52,962 bases of DNA from a virus (lineage: Duplodnaviria; Caudoviricetes), in IMG/VR virus record IMGVR_UViG_3300030380_000587, positions 1 to 52,962 of that record; one strand, 5' to 3'. Shown piece after piece: positions 17,047 through 27,824 of the stretch. Made by a program: the position numbers and the translations under genes. The notes beneath the pieces were generated by a model. The model saw nothing but the letters and a program-made list of their open reading frames with translations. It was not told the origin of the DNA and searched no databases. Within the stretch, counting starts at the first letter, position 1, and each line of letters opens with the position of its first letter.

Positions 17047-18243
17047 ATGGCATTAACGAAAACCCCTATAGAATTATCTAGTACGCCTAGTATTGTTGAT
17101 GGTGGCAACGCTACTGCCATAACTATTGATTCTAGTGAAGATGTAACACTTGCAAATAATTTAGAAATAACAAGTACTTTAAAAGTAAGTGGAAAGACTT
17201 TTGGATTTGGAACAACTGCTAAAACAGATTCTCATTCAGGATGGAATCAATTCTATATAGGGCAAAAAGGAAATATATTTAGTGAAAACGCTACAGGTAC
17301 TCATGGTCTTGATGGACTATGGCTAACTGATAATTTATATGTTGATTCTGATACAGGTTCTTTTGCTAATATTGAAACTAACGAATCTTCTGCAATAAAA
17401 TTAGAAGGTGGACAACTACACTTTTATTCTCAAGCAAGTGGTAGTGCTGGAGCAGCAGTTACATTATCTGAAAAATTTAAGATTGATGGTGATGGAGTTT
17501 CTACAATAACAACTTCTACACCTAAAATTACTTTTATTGAAACTGACCAAAGTAACAAGCAATATCAAATAGGTTCTTTTGGAGCTGCTTTTGCTATCTA
17601 TGATGCTAGTAACAGTCAATATAGATATACGCTTACAACTGATGGAGACCATATTTTTAATGAAGGTGGACAAAACTGTGATTTTAGAGTAGAAACGGAT
17701 GATGAAGCTAATATGTTTAATATTGTTGGTGGAAGCAACATGGTTATGATAGGTAGCACTACTGCTGTTGCTACATCTCAATTTCAAATTTCTAGTACGT
17801 CTGACAGACATCAACTAACACTAACTTCTGGCAGTAACACTTCAATTAGTACTTCAGGTTCAGGAGATTATGCAGAAGGTGTAGTAGCTATTCCAAGTGT
17901 AAGTTCAGGAAATGTATTATCTATACCTATATACTCACAGGCTAACTTATGGAGACCTATGTATGTAGAGTTAATGTTTGTTTCTGGTGAATATAACAAA
18001 ACATCAGGTAAAGGAGGTTTTGCAAAATTAACTTTTGCTGCTTTAACTAGTATTTCTGGTCTATCTGAAGTAGCTGTTGGAGGTAATGTTGCATCTGTTT
18101 CAAGTAGTGGAATGAATATTACTGTTACTTTTACAACTGCATACAATGCAGGTCTTAATGATAAAGAAGGTGTTTATATGCATTATAAAGTTTTAAGTTA
18201 TACTCCAGATTATTTTCAAGCTTGGAACGCAACACTTAATTAA
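17047..18243 (+). CDS. Tail fibre / receptor-binding protein 2
   Basis: 398 aa; MALTK N-terminus, ATAITIDSSE, FNE....DFRVE motif. Confidence 0.75.
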   Translation: MALTKTPIELSSTPSIVDGGNATAITIDSSEDVTLANNLEITSTLKVSGKTFGFGTTAKTDSHSGWNQFYIGQKGNIFSENATGTHGLDGLWLTDNLYVDSDTGSFANIETNESSAIKLEGGQLHFYSQASGSAGAAVTLSEKFKIDGDGVSTITTSTPKITFIETDQSNKQYQIGSFGAAFAIYDASNSQYRYTLTTDGDHIFNEGGQNCDFRVETDDEANMFNIVGGSNMVMIGSTTAVATSQFQISSTSDRHQLTLTSGSNTSISTSGSGDYAEGVVAIPSVSSGNVLSIPIYSQANLWRPMYVELMFVSGEYNKTSGKGGFAKLTFAALTSISGLSEVAVGGNVASVSSSGMNITVTFTTAYNAGLNDKEGVYMHYKVLSYTPDYFQAWNATLN

Positions 18244-18258
18244 AAATAGGAATTTATT

Positions 18259-18471
18259 ATGACACAAGAAATACGAGTAGTTTATAAAGACAGCGATAAA
18301 TCAGTAGTAGGATTTATTGGTGCTGAGATAACTTATGAAAATGAAATACAACCTGCTTTAGAAAAAGACGGAGTAAAAGTAGCATCAGAAGTAATATCTT
18401 TTGCAGATGATATTGTTATTACAAATAATTTATTATCTGTTAATTCTGAAGGGGTTGCTAGTAAAGCATAA
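18259..18471 (+). CDS. Hypothetical protein (possible fibre chaperone)
   Basis: 70 aa with SD, directly after fibre 2. Confidence 0.65.
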   Translation: MTQEIRVVYKDSDKSVVGFIGAEITYENEIQPALEKDGVKVASEVISFADDIVITNNLLSVNSEGVASKA

Positions 18472-18515
18472 AAATAAAAAGGTCAAGAGAAAAATTTTAA
18501 ACGGAGACAAATAAC

Positions 18516-21500
18516 ATGGCAGGATATGTAAGACAAAGTTCATTTGTAGATGGGGATACCATTACTGCTGCACTTTTTAACGATGAGTATAATCAGCTAG
18601 TAAACGCTTTTCACAACTCTACAGGTCACTCACATGATGGCACAGCAGCCTCTGGTCCTGTTATTGGTCTCATTGGTGATGCAGGAGAAACTTCTCCAAA
18701 TAACAAAGTATTAATAGATACAACAAACAACTACATTGAGTTTTATGTAGAAGTAAGTAGCAATCCAGTACAACAATTATATATAGCCGATGGAGCTATT
18801 ATACCTGTTACTGATAACGATATAGACTTAGGTACTAGCTCATTAGAATTTAAAGATTTATATTTAGATGGTACAGCCCACATAGATACCTTAGATGTAG
18901 ATGCTAACGCAGGTATTATTGGAAACGCTACAGTAGGTGGTACATTAGATGTTACAGGTAACACAACACTTACAGCAAACTTAACAGTCAACGGAAATAC
19001 AACACTTGGCAACGCTGCAAGTGATACAGTTACTTTAACAGCAGACGTAGCTTCTGACATTATTCCAAGTGCTGATAGCACACATTCATTAGGTGACAGT
19101 TCTAATTATTGGTCACATGGTTACATTGATGCCATTACAACCACAGGTAATGTTGCAGTCGGTGGTAACTTAACTGTAACAGGTACAACTACATTTAATG
19201 GTGGCACAATCACAATGGGTGATGCAGCTACTGATAATGTGGTATTTGGTGCTGACGTAGACTCAAATATTATACCTGATGACGATGATACATATGACTT
19301 AGGTAGCTCTTCACAACAATGGAGAAACTTATTTATAGATGGTACTGCAAACATAGACAGCCTTGTAGCTGATACAGCAGATATAAATGGTGGTACAGTT
19401 GATGGTGCAGTTATTGGAGGCTCAACTGCAGCAGCTATTACAGGTACAACAATTACAGGTACAACAATTACAGGTACAAGTTTTGTAATAGGTTCAGCAG
19501 ATATAAGTGAAGCAGAACTAGAAATTTTAGATGGAGCTACAGTAACTACTGCAGAACTAAATACTTTAGATGGTATTACATCAAGCACAGCAGAACTTAA
19601 TATTCTTGATGGTGTTACAGCTACAGCAGCAGAGATAAATACTCTTGATGGTATTACATCAACAGTTGCAGAACTCAACATACTAGATGGTGTTACAGCA
19701 AGTGCCACAGACATAAACCTTATAGATGGTATTACGAATGGTACTGTTATAGCTAGTAAAGCTATCATAACAGATTCAAACAAAGACATTACTGGTGGTA
19801 GAAATATAACCATTAGTGGTGAGTTAGATGCAGCTACATTAGATATTAGTGGTGATGCAGATATTGACGGAACATTAGAAGCCGATGCAATTACTATTGG
19901 TGGTATTACATTAGCAGAAACAATTAGCGATACTGTAGGAGCTATGGTTAGCTCTAATACTGAATCTAATATTACAGTTACTTATGAAGATTCAGACAAT
20001 ACTTTAGACTTTGCTTTACCTGCAGCATTAGAGATTACTACGTCTATTGGAGTAGGTGGTGGCTCTACAAATGGTGTAGTCATTGAGCAAGGTGGAATTA
20101 AAATTAAAAATGGTGGAACACAATCATATGTAGACTTTTATTGTGAGTCAAGTAATGCACACTATGCTAGACTACAAGCACCAGCACATTCAGCATTTGG
20201 TGGTAATGTAACAATAACTCTTCCTGCTACAACAGATACATTAGTAGGTAGAACAACAACAGATACTTTAACAAATAAAACCTTAACAAGTCCTACTATT
20301 TCTGCTCCTGCAATAACAGGTACAGCTACTTTTGGTGGCTCAGATGGAGTTAGTATTTCTCAAGGTGTTGTTTCTATTAAGAATGGTGGTACACAGTCTT
20401 ATATAGATTTTTACTGTGAATCTTCTAACGCACATTATGCAAGATTACAAGCTCCTGCTCATAGTGCATTTAGTGGTAACATTGTTGCTACACTTCCTGC
20501 AACTACAGGAACTATTGCTTTAACATCAAGTGATATTACAGGTAATGCTGCAACAGCAACAGCTTTAGCTACAGCACGAACTATTGGTGGTACAAGCTTT
20601 GATGGTACATCTAATATTTCTGTAGGTTTAGCAGATACAGCTACAGCTTTAGCTACAGCAAGAACAATACATGGTGTATCTTTTGATGGTACAGCTAATA
20701 TAGATTTATCAGAAGTAGTACAAGATACAGTCGGTGCTATGTTCTCAAGTAATACTGAAACAGGTATTACAGCAACATATCAAGATAGTGATGGAACTAT
20801 TGATTTAGCTGTTGGTAATGTAGCTACAGTATCAGATGGTTCAAATTCAACTGCAATAGCTTCTGGAGGAACTATTACATTTGCAGGAACTTCTAACGAA
20901 ATAGACGTAGCAGAAAGCTCTGGTACAATAACATATGGATTACCAAGTAACGTAACAGTTTCTAATAACTTAACAGTCTCTGGAAACTTAACTGTAACAG
21001 GTACAACTACACAAACAGGTGCAATAGTATCGGATGATAACTTTACAGGTCTTACAAATGCTAACTCAGCTAATAGTACAGACTTTGGATTCTTTGGTAA
21101 GTATGTAGAGTCTAGCACAACTAAATATGCTGGTTTGTTCTATGATGCTTCTACTGATAATACATTTAGATTATTTGCAGATACACAAACAGAACCTGCT
21201 GTTACAGTAAATACTGGTGCAACAGGATATGCTGCTGCAAACTTAATTGTTAATAATTTAACAGGTACATTAGCTACAGCAGCTCAACCTAACATTACAA
21301 GCCTTGGAACTCTAACAGCTTTAACAGGTGGAACAGGAGACTTTAACTGGGATTCAAATACTTTAGTAGTTGATTCTTCTACAAATAGAGTAGGTATAGG
21401 TAATGCATCTCCAGATGTTTCACTTGATTTAGGTTCTAATACAGATTCTATTCATGTACCAGTAGGTACTACAGCTCAAAGACCCGGAAGCCCTGCTGCA

Positions 21501-23099
21501 GGTTACTTTAGATATAACACTTCATTAGCACAATTTGAAGGTTATACAGATGCATGGGGTGCTATTGGTGGCGGTGGTGGTACTAATACATTTACACACG
21601 ATGTCTTTACAGGTAATGGCTCTACTACAGCGTATGCTCTTAGCCAATCAACAGAATCAGAAGATAATTTAATAGTATTTATAGATGGTGTATTCCAAGA
21701 ACAAGGTGCATACTCTATAGCTACTTCAAGTGGTACTACAACATTAACATTTAGTGCTGCTCCTGCAAACGGAAGAAAAATTGTAGTTTATATAGTTGCT
21801 GCAGGTGTCTCTGGTTCAAACTTAAACATAGATACAATGACAGGGGATGGTAGTGATACTACTCTAACTCTAAGTATAGCTCCTGTAAATGAAAACAATA
21901 CACAAGTATTCTTTGATGGTGTATATCAGAACAAATCAACATACAGTATCTCAGGTACAACTCTGACATTCTCTACAGCTCCTCCAACTGGTGTGGCTGT
22001 TGAGGTTATGACATTTACTCAAACTGATATTAATGTTCCTGTAGACAATACAATTACTACAGCTAAAATTGTAGATGATGCTGTTACAAGTGCTAAGTTA
22101 GATACCAACATAGACATAGCAGGTACGTTTGATGTGACAGGTGCTACTACTTTAGATAGTACAATGTCTAGTACTGCTATAGCTGTTGGACAAACATCAT
22201 TCTCAGGTGGTAGTATTTTAGCTGATTTTCATGGCTCTGGTAGTGGTGTAGGTGCACAACTTGCTTTCGCTAACGACCACAATACAGATAAGTTTTTTGT
22301 TGGTATTGAAGGCAATACAACAGGCGATGCTTTTCTTTATCAACAAGAAGATGCTGATATAAATTTTTATACTAATAATGCTTTTAGAGCAAAACTTGAT
22401 AATTCTGGAAGTTTGCGACTACATAATACAGGAACTTTTGGAAACGCAGGTGGAAATAACTTAGTTATTGGTTCAGGCTCAGGTGCTAATGGACTAACAA
22501 TATATTCAGGTTCTGATTCTCAATCTACTATATTTTTTGGTAATGATGGTACGAATGGTGATACAGAAGCTGCTGTAGAATACACACATGAATCATATTC
22601 ACATGCAGGTTCAAGAAGAAGTTTAGCTTTTAGAACTGCTAATTCTGTTCAAGCAAGAATTACACAACACGGTGGTATAGCTTTTGGTTCAGACACAGCA
22701 GCAGCTAATACTTTAGACGATTACGAAGAAGGTACATGGACTGTATCTGAAGTAAATGGTCAAGGTGGAACTGTAACAACAAACAGAGCTAATTATACTA
22801 AAATTGGAAGAATGGTTTATGCTTCGGCTTCTGTTACTATAGGTACAACTACAAATGCTAATACATTAAATTTGAGTCTTCCTTTTACATCAAGTATTAA
22901 TGGATATTATTTAGGGGGTGGAAATGTAAGTTACCACCAATTACCTACAACACAATCTGTTAATTTAAGACCAAATATTGAAAACGCTGCTAGTAATGTA
23001 TTCTTTTTATATGGAGACAATAGTACTGTTGATTTAAATGTAAAATGTAATGAGGCATCAACTAAACGAATAGACTTTTTTGTACAATATCAAGTATAA
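18516..23099 (+). CDS. Long mosaic tail fibre protein
   Basis: 1527 aa G/T/S/A-rich; GHSHDG N-terminal anchor, AELNILDGVT repeats, ARTI.G.SFDG repeats, GNGSTT/DGV.Q domains, LDDYEEGTW tip. Confidence 0.85.
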   Translation: MAGYVRQSSFVDGDTITAALFNDEYNQLVNAFHNSTGHSHDGTAASGPVIGLIGDAGETSPNNKVLIDTTNNYIEFYVEVSSNPVQQLYIADGAIIPVTDNDIDLGTSSLEFKDLYLDGTAHIDTLDVDANAGIIGNATVGGTLDVTGNTTLTANLTVNGNTTLGNAASDTVTLTADVASDIIPSADSTHSLGDSSNYWSHGYIDAITTTGNVAVGGNLTVTGTTTFNGGTITMGDAATDNVVFGADVDSNIIPDDDDTYDLGSSSQQWRNLFIDGTANIDSLVADTADINGGTVDGAVIGGSTAAAITGTTITGTTITGTSFVIGSADISEAELEILDGATVTTAELNTLDGITSSTAELNILDGVTATAAEINTLDGITSTVAELNILDGVTASATDINLIDGITNGTVIASKAIITDSNKDITGGRNITISGELDAATLDISGDADIDGTLEADAITIGGITLAETISDTVGAMVSSNTESNITVTYEDSDNTLDFALPAALEITTSIGVGGGSTNGVVIEQGGIKIKNGGTQSYVDFYCESSNAHYARLQAPAHSAFGGNVTITLPATTDTLVGRTTTDTLTNKTLTSPTISAPAITGTATFGGSDGVSISQGVVSIKNGGTQSYIDFYCESSNAHYARLQAPAHSAFSGNIVATLPATTGTIALTSSDITGNAATATALATARTIGGTSFDGTSNISVGLADTATALATARTIHGVSFDGTANIDLSEVVQDTVGAMFSSNTETGITATYQDSDGTIDLAVGNVATVSDGSNSTAIASGGTITFAGTSNEIDVAESSGTITYGLPSNVTVSNNLTVSGNLTVTGTTTQTGAIVSDDNFTGLTNANSANSTDFGFFGKYVESSTTKYAGLFYDASTDNTFRLFADTQTEPAVTVNTGATGYAAANLIVNNLTGTLATAAQPNITSLGTLTALTGGTGDFNWDSNTLVVDSSTNRVGIGNASPDVSLDLGSNTDSIHVPVGTTAQRPGSPAAGYFRYNTSLAQFEGYTDAWGAIGGGGGTNTFTHDVFTGNGSTTAYALSQSTESEDNLIVFIDGVFQEQGAYSIATSSGTTTLTFSAAPANGRKIVVYIVAAGVSGSNLNIDTMTGDGSDTTLTLSIAPVNENNTQVFFDGVYQNKSTYSISGTTLTFSTAPPTGVAVEVMTFTQTDINVPVDNTITTAKIVDDAVTSAKLDTNIDIAGTFDVTGATTLDSTMSSTAIAVGQTSFSGGSILADFHGSGSGVGAQLAFANDHNTDKFFVGIEGNTTGDAFLYQQEDADINFYTNNAFRAKLDNSGSLRLHNTGTFGNAGGNNLVIGSGSGANGLTIYSGSDSQSTIFFGNDGTNGDTEAAVEYTHESYSHAGSRRSLAFRTANSVQARITQHGGIAFGSDTAAANTLDDYEEGTWTVSEVNGQGGTVTTNRANYTKIGRMVYASASVTIGTTTNANTLNLSLPFTSSINGYYLGGGNVSYHQLPTTQSVNLRPNIENAASNVFFLYGDNSTVDLNVKCNEASTKRIDFFVQYQV
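19437..19479 (+). repeat. 15-bp tandem repeat ATTACAGGTACAACA x~3
   Basis: Directly visible; encodes ITGTT repeats. Confidence 0.85.
20103..20503 (+). repeat. Internal domain duplication in the long fibre
   Basis: IKNGGTQSY(V/I)DFYCESSNAHYARLQAPAHSAF occurs at ~20103 and ~20376, differing mostly at synonymous positions. Confidence 0.85.
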
Positions 23100-23341
23100 T
23101 GGAAATATCAACTTACATAATTTGGAACGTCTTTATAACTTTAGTATTAGGACCTATCCTCTATAACATAAAACAAAATACTGCTGAAGCTAAAAGGTTA
23201 GATATATTGTTAAACAAAACCAGAGAAGAAATAGCACGAGACTACGTAACAAAACAAGAACTTAAAGATGACATGACTAGACTAATGGACAGGCTAGAAA
23301 AACTTGACGAAAAGCTTGACAAACTCTTTGAAGTCAAGTAA
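23099..23341 (+). CDS. Small membrane-anchored coiled-coil protein
   Basis: 80 aa; N-terminal hydrophobic helix, YVTK.E coiled coil. Confidence 0.75.
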   Translation: MEISTYIIWNVFITLVLGPILYNIKQNTAEAKRLDILLNKTREEIARDYVTKQELKDDMTRLMDRLEKLDEKLDKLFEVK

Positions 23342-23344
23342 AAT
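23316..23344 (+). promoter_or_regulatory. sigma70 promoter for internal virion genes
   Basis: TTGACA(23316)-17 nt-TAAAAT(23339). Confidence 0.7.
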
Positions 23345-23367
23345 ACAATCTTGAATGGAAAATAATT

Positions 23368-26199
23368 ATGGCTAAAAAACAAAAAACAAAACGAAACAAA
23401 TACTCTTCTGGTAAGAGAGTAAGAGCTATTAGCGAAAGACAAGATTATCGTAAGGGTGGTCGTGTCGGTTTTGATGTCGGAGGAATAACTGCAGGTTTTC
23501 AGGACTATGGTGAAGATTACTATGAAGATAGAGGTAGAGGTAGAGGAAGAGGTGCAGGAAATAATAATACCTATACTGGAGAAACTGCAGAAGAAAGAGC
23601 TGCTAGGTTAGCTGCAGAGGAAGCGGCTAGACAAGCTGCATTAGAGGAAGCTGCAAGATTAGCTGCAGAAAAAGCTGCTCAAGAAGCTGCAGAAGCTCAA
23701 GCTGCTGGAGAAACGGTAGAGCAGAAACAAGCCACTAGAACTAGAGTTGAAGAAGGAATGCAAGGGATAGTGCCTGATGCTGCTAAAATACCTGATGCTC
23801 AAAAGATTGATGAGAATATTAAGCAGAAGACAACTACTATGGCAGAGCCTACAAAGGCACAAACATTTCAAGCTAAAAACCAACCTAAAGAAGCAGTAGC
23901 CACTTCACAAGCTGCACAAGCTGATGAAACAATCGGTCAAGATTTAAAAGCTGCAGGTTATGATGCAGCGACAGTAGCTGATAAAGATGTAGCAGTTGAT
24001 GCTGCACAAGGTACAGTTACGAGAGGTCCAATAGGAGACATACAAGGAACAATTACAGCACCAGTTAAATTTGCTAGTGTTGATGAAGTTAAAGCTGAAG
24101 CAGCTAAAGCTAAAACTGTAGATGATATTCTTACAGGTACATATTTAGTTGATGAAGTTGAGGGAGAAGATACTACAGTTAATCAAACTCCTGATGCTGA
24201 AAGACAAGAACGTGAAACTCTTCTTGGAGAACCTGCTCCAGATGCAGTCGCTGCTGCTATTAATGATACTGTTGGATATGAAGCTGCAAAACAAAGAGCT
24301 GTAAAAGGTACTGCTGCTCAAGGTGCTGCTGCTGATATGATTGCAGCTACTGGTAATTTACCTCCAGAAATATCTGCTGCTATTGTTCAAGACCCTGCAA
24401 CAGTAGAAGCTCAAATAGATAACGAGCCAGTAGAAGTACAAGCTGCAGTTGCTGCTTTACCTACAGAAGCTTTAGTATCTTCACAAATGGATACACTTTT
24501 AGGTGGTATGGAAGATGGTGAAGTACCACTATGGGCAAAACCTGCTGTTGATGCTGTTAATCAAAGAATGGCTCAAAGAGGTTTAGATGTTTCTAGTGTA
24601 GGAAGAGATGCTTTATTTAATGCTATTATTCAAAGTGCTTTACCTATGGCTCAAAGTAATGCACAAGCTTTACAAACAAGAGCAGCTCAAAATTTAAGTA
24701 ACGAGCAACAAGCTAACTTACAAGAAGCTCAACAAGAACAACAATTACGAATGGCTAACTTAGCTAATCGTCAAAGTGCTGAAAGCCAAACAGCTCAAAT
24801 GGCACAGCAAATGAAAGTTATGCAGAGTCAGTTTGACCAACAAGCTGTAATGACTACTGCTGACCAACAACAACAAACAAGAACACAGAACCTACAGAAT
24901 CAACAACAAGCTGCTGTTATTCAATCACAGAATGAGCAACAGATGCGTATGCAAAATCTTGGCAATGAGCAACAAGTTGAGATGGCAGAGCTTCAGATAG
25001 AAGCTAATGTTGAAGGTGCAAACCAAACTGCAGAGAATCAAGAGAAGATGGCAGAAATGCAAATTGCTGCTGACTTCCTTTCTAAGAATGCTGCGTTTAA
25101 ACAGCAGATGGAAGTTGCTAATTTAAGTAACGAACAACAGATGCGATTAGCTAATTTATCTTCACGTAATTTAGCTGCTAGTGAAAATTTAAGTAATGCA
25201 GAAAAGATAGAACTTGCAAATCTTAATAAGACTATGCAAACGAATCAGCTTCAAGCACAGATAGCTAGTCAAATGAATTTGGCTCAACTTAATGTTGACC
25301 AACAATCAGCTATCCAGAATGCTACTACAAAAGCAAACATGGATATGACTAAGTTTAATGCTGCTCAACAAGTTGAATTAGCTAATAGTAAATTTATGCA
25401 GACTGTAGCGATTGCAGACATGAATGCTGAACAACAAGCTATCATGCAAAATGCAACTGCAATGGCTTCAATGGATTTAGCAAACTTAGGAACAAGAGAA
25501 AGACTAGCTGTACAAAATGCTCAGAACTTTTTAGCAATGGATATGGCTAATCTTAATAATAGACAACAAGCAAACATGATGAAAGCTCAACAAGAGCAAC
25601 AAAGATTGTTGTCTGACCAAGCTGCAATAAATGCTTCTAAGCAATTTAATGCTGCTAGTGAAAATCAAACTAATCAGTTTATGGCTAGTATGGCTGCACA
25701 AATGAGTCAGTACAATACAAACCAAACAAATGCAATGAGGCAGTTTAATGATACGCAAACAAATGCTGCTGCTGCAAGAGATGCTCAAAGAGCTGCAGAT
25801 GTTGAGAAGTTTAATACTCAACTTGCAACTCAGGTAGACCAGTTTAATGCGAACCAAGACTTTGCAAGGAATCAATGGAATGCACAGAACGAAGCTATCG
25901 TTGAACAATCTAATGTAGAGTGGAGACGTAAAACTAATGCTGCTAATACTGCTGCACAGAATGCTATTAATATGCAGAATGCACAGAATGCATTTAACTT
26001 GTCACAAACTTCTATGTCATTCTTATGGCAAGAAATGAGAGACCAAGCTGATTATGATTTTAGAGAAGGTGAAAACGAAAAGAATAGAATAGCACAAATT
26101 GTAAATACTGCACTAGCTTCAGACCCATCGAAGTATGGTGGTAGTTTGAAAAATATACAAGATTTAATTGGAGCAATAACAGGAGACCTATTCGGATAA
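23368..26199 (+). CDS. Internal virion (ejection) protein, Q/A/N-rich coiled coil
   Basis: 943 aa; long ANL.N.QQ repeats; position after the fibres. Confidence 0.7.
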   Translation: MAKKQKTKRNKYSSGKRVRAISERQDYRKGGRVGFDVGGITAGFQDYGEDYYEDRGRGRGRGAGNNNTYTGETAEERAARLAAEEAARQAALEEAARLAAEKAAQEAAEAQAAGETVEQKQATRTRVEEGMQGIVPDAAKIPDAQKIDENIKQKTTTMAEPTKAQTFQAKNQPKEAVATSQAAQADETIGQDLKAAGYDAATVADKDVAVDAAQGTVTRGPIGDIQGTITAPVKFASVDEVKAEAAKAKTVDDILTGTYLVDEVEGEDTTVNQTPDAERQERETLLGEPAPDAVAAAINDTVGYEAAKQRAVKGTAAQGAAADMIAATGNLPPEISAAIVQDPATVEAQIDNEPVEVQAAVAALPTEALVSSQMDTLLGGMEDGEVPLWAKPAVDAVNQRMAQRGLDVSSVGRDALFNAIIQSALPMAQSNAQALQTRAAQNLSNEQQANLQEAQQEQQLRMANLANRQSAESQTAQMAQQMKVMQSQFDQQAVMTTADQQQQTRTQNLQNQQQAAVIQSQNEQQMRMQNLGNEQQVEMAELQIEANVEGANQTAENQEKMAEMQIAADFLSKNAAFKQQMEVANLSNEQQMRLANLSSRNLAASENLSNAEKIELANLNKTMQTNQLQAQIASQMNLAQLNVDQQSAIQNATTKANMDMTKFNAAQQVELANSKFMQTVAIADMNAEQQAIMQNATAMASMDLANLGTRERLAVQNAQNFLAMDMANLNNRQQANMMKAQQEQQRLLSDQAAINASKQFNAASENQTNQFMASMAAQMSQYNTNQTNAMRQFNDTQTNAAAARDAQRAADVEKFNTQLATQVDQFNANQDFARNQWNAQNEAIVEQSNVEWRRKTNAANTAAQNAINMQNAQNAFNLSQTSMSFLWQEMRDQADYDFREGENEKNRIAQIVNTALASDPSKYGGSLKNIQDLIGAITGDLFG

Positions 26200-26211
26200 C
26201 GGAGAAACATT

Positions 26212-27078
26212 ATGGGATTATTTAGTAAAATTAAAAAAGCTTTTAAGAAAGTTGTTAAGGGCGTAAAGAAAGTCGTTAAGAAAGTTGTTAAAGGTGTTAA
26301 AAAAGTTGTTAAGAAAATAGGCTCAAGTAAAATATTAAAAGCCCTAGCTATAGCTGCTGCAGTCGTGGTGACGGGAGGTGCAGCTCTTACAGCGTTTGGT
26401 GGAACAGGGGCACTTGCCACAAGTAAACTAGGAGCATTTATGATGAATGCAAGTGGTAAGATGTTAGGTGGTACTGTATTTGGTGGAACTGGTACATTAG
26501 CTAAAATAGGAAACGTTGCAATTAAAACTGTTTCAAAACCTTTTGGTGCTATTGGTGGTGCATTAGGAAGTACTGCTAGAGTAGGTGCTAACTTATTAAC
26601 TGGTCAACCTGCATTTCAAGCTGGTCCGGGACAAGTATCTGCTTATGGTAATCCTTTAGTTTCTCAAGGTGGAGAAATTGTTGCAGGAACAGGACAAGCT
26701 GCTTCAGCTCCGTTTAGTGGTGCTGCAGTAGGTGGTGTAACAGCTCCTGTAACAGAAGTTGCTGGAGAAGCTGCAACTGAAAAATATTTCTTTGGTAATA
26801 AATGGGGAGACCTTGCAGTTAGAACGGGTGCTGGTGTAGTTGGCGGTGTTGTTAGCGGTGCTGCTCAAGCAAAACTAATGGAAGGAGACCCATCAGGTCA
26901 AATGGCTGGACTAGCTAACGAAAGTAAAGAATATCAAGACAAGCTACAAGTGTTTGCAGAAAACAATAATATTAATTTAGATGATATTTATGGTCAATTA
27001 ACTTATGGAACTGCTGACCCAGCTTATCAAATTAATTCAGATTTATATAGACAAGATACTGTAGGAGTACCAGCATAA
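26212..27078 (+). CDS. Internal virion (pilot/ejection) protein
   Basis: 288 aa; cationic amphipathic N-terminus followed by Gly/Ala-rich hydrophobic segments. Confidence 0.65.
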   Translation: MGLFSKIKKAFKKVVKGVKKVVKKVVKGVKKVVKKIGSSKILKALAIAAAVVVTGGAALTAFGGTGALATSKLGAFMMNASGKMLGGTVFGGTGTLAKIGNVAIKTVSKPFGAIGGALGSTARVGANLLTGQPAFQAGPGQVSAYGNPLVSQGGEIVAGTGQAASAPFSGAAVGGVTAPVTEVAGEAATEKYFFGNKWGDLAVRTGAGVVGGVVSGAAQAKLMEGDPSGQMAGLANESKEYQDKLQVFAENNNINLDDIYGQLTYGTADPAYQINSDLYRQDTVGVPA

Positions 27079-27824
27079 TGGCAGAAGTACAAAAACGAAG
27101 AGGTGCTAAACCTATTATTTCTAATAGTGTAAGTGAAGCTTCAAGAGATATTGTTTTAGATGCTTTAGATGCAGGATATAGTATTGATGAACTTGCTCCT
27201 GATATAGGGCAAAAATTAAGAGGTGAAGCAAAGTTTAGTCAAGAAGGAATGGATGAACTTGTTAATCTTTCTAATGAAGGAGCACCGATTCCGGGACAGT
27301 CTTTAATGAATGACCCTGACCAAGCTTACCCATGGGAAAAACCTGCAAAGTTTGCAAACCCTAGAGAAGCTTTGAATGTAATTGTTACTGAACTATTACA
27401 ACCTGAAGCTGTTCAAAATATTGTATCAGCACTAGCAAATGGTGCAGCAGTTGCAGATTTATCTATTGCAGTTTTATATTCTAAGTTTTCAACAGGAGAT
27501 ATAAATCCTGATGTCATGCTACTATTAGTAGAACCCGTTATGTATATTATGATGGCTATTGGTGAAGAAGCAAATATTAAATATAATATTGAAGGTAATG
27601 ATTTAGATGAGTTTGATGATGAAGATGATTTAGAAGAGAACGAAGAAAAATTAAATCAATTTAGAAATGCTTTTACTGATGTTAAACAAGGAGCTATAGA
27701 AAAAAATATATCTCCTCAAAACATTAATAATGGTACAGTACCTTCAGATATATTAGACAAAGTTAAAGAAAAAGGTCCAGAAATACAACAAATAAGAAGT
27801 ATATTAAGTAGAGGAGAAGCATAA
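27078..27824 (+). CDS. Conserved virion-region protein
   Basis: 248 aa; PIPGQSL...YPWEKP motif; coupled stop/start. Confidence 0.7.
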   Translation: MAEVQKRRGAKPIISNSVSEASRDIVLDALDAGYSIDELAPDIGQKLRGEAKFSQEGMDELVNLSNEGAPIPGQSLMNDPDQAYPWEKPAKFANPREALNVIVTELLQPEAVQNIVSALANGAAVADLSIAVLYSKFSTGDINPDVMLLLVEPVMYIMMAIGEEANIKYNIEGNDLDEFDDEDDLEENEEKLNQFRNAFTDVKQGAIEKNISPQNINNGTVPSDILDKVKEKGPEIQQIRSILSRGEA

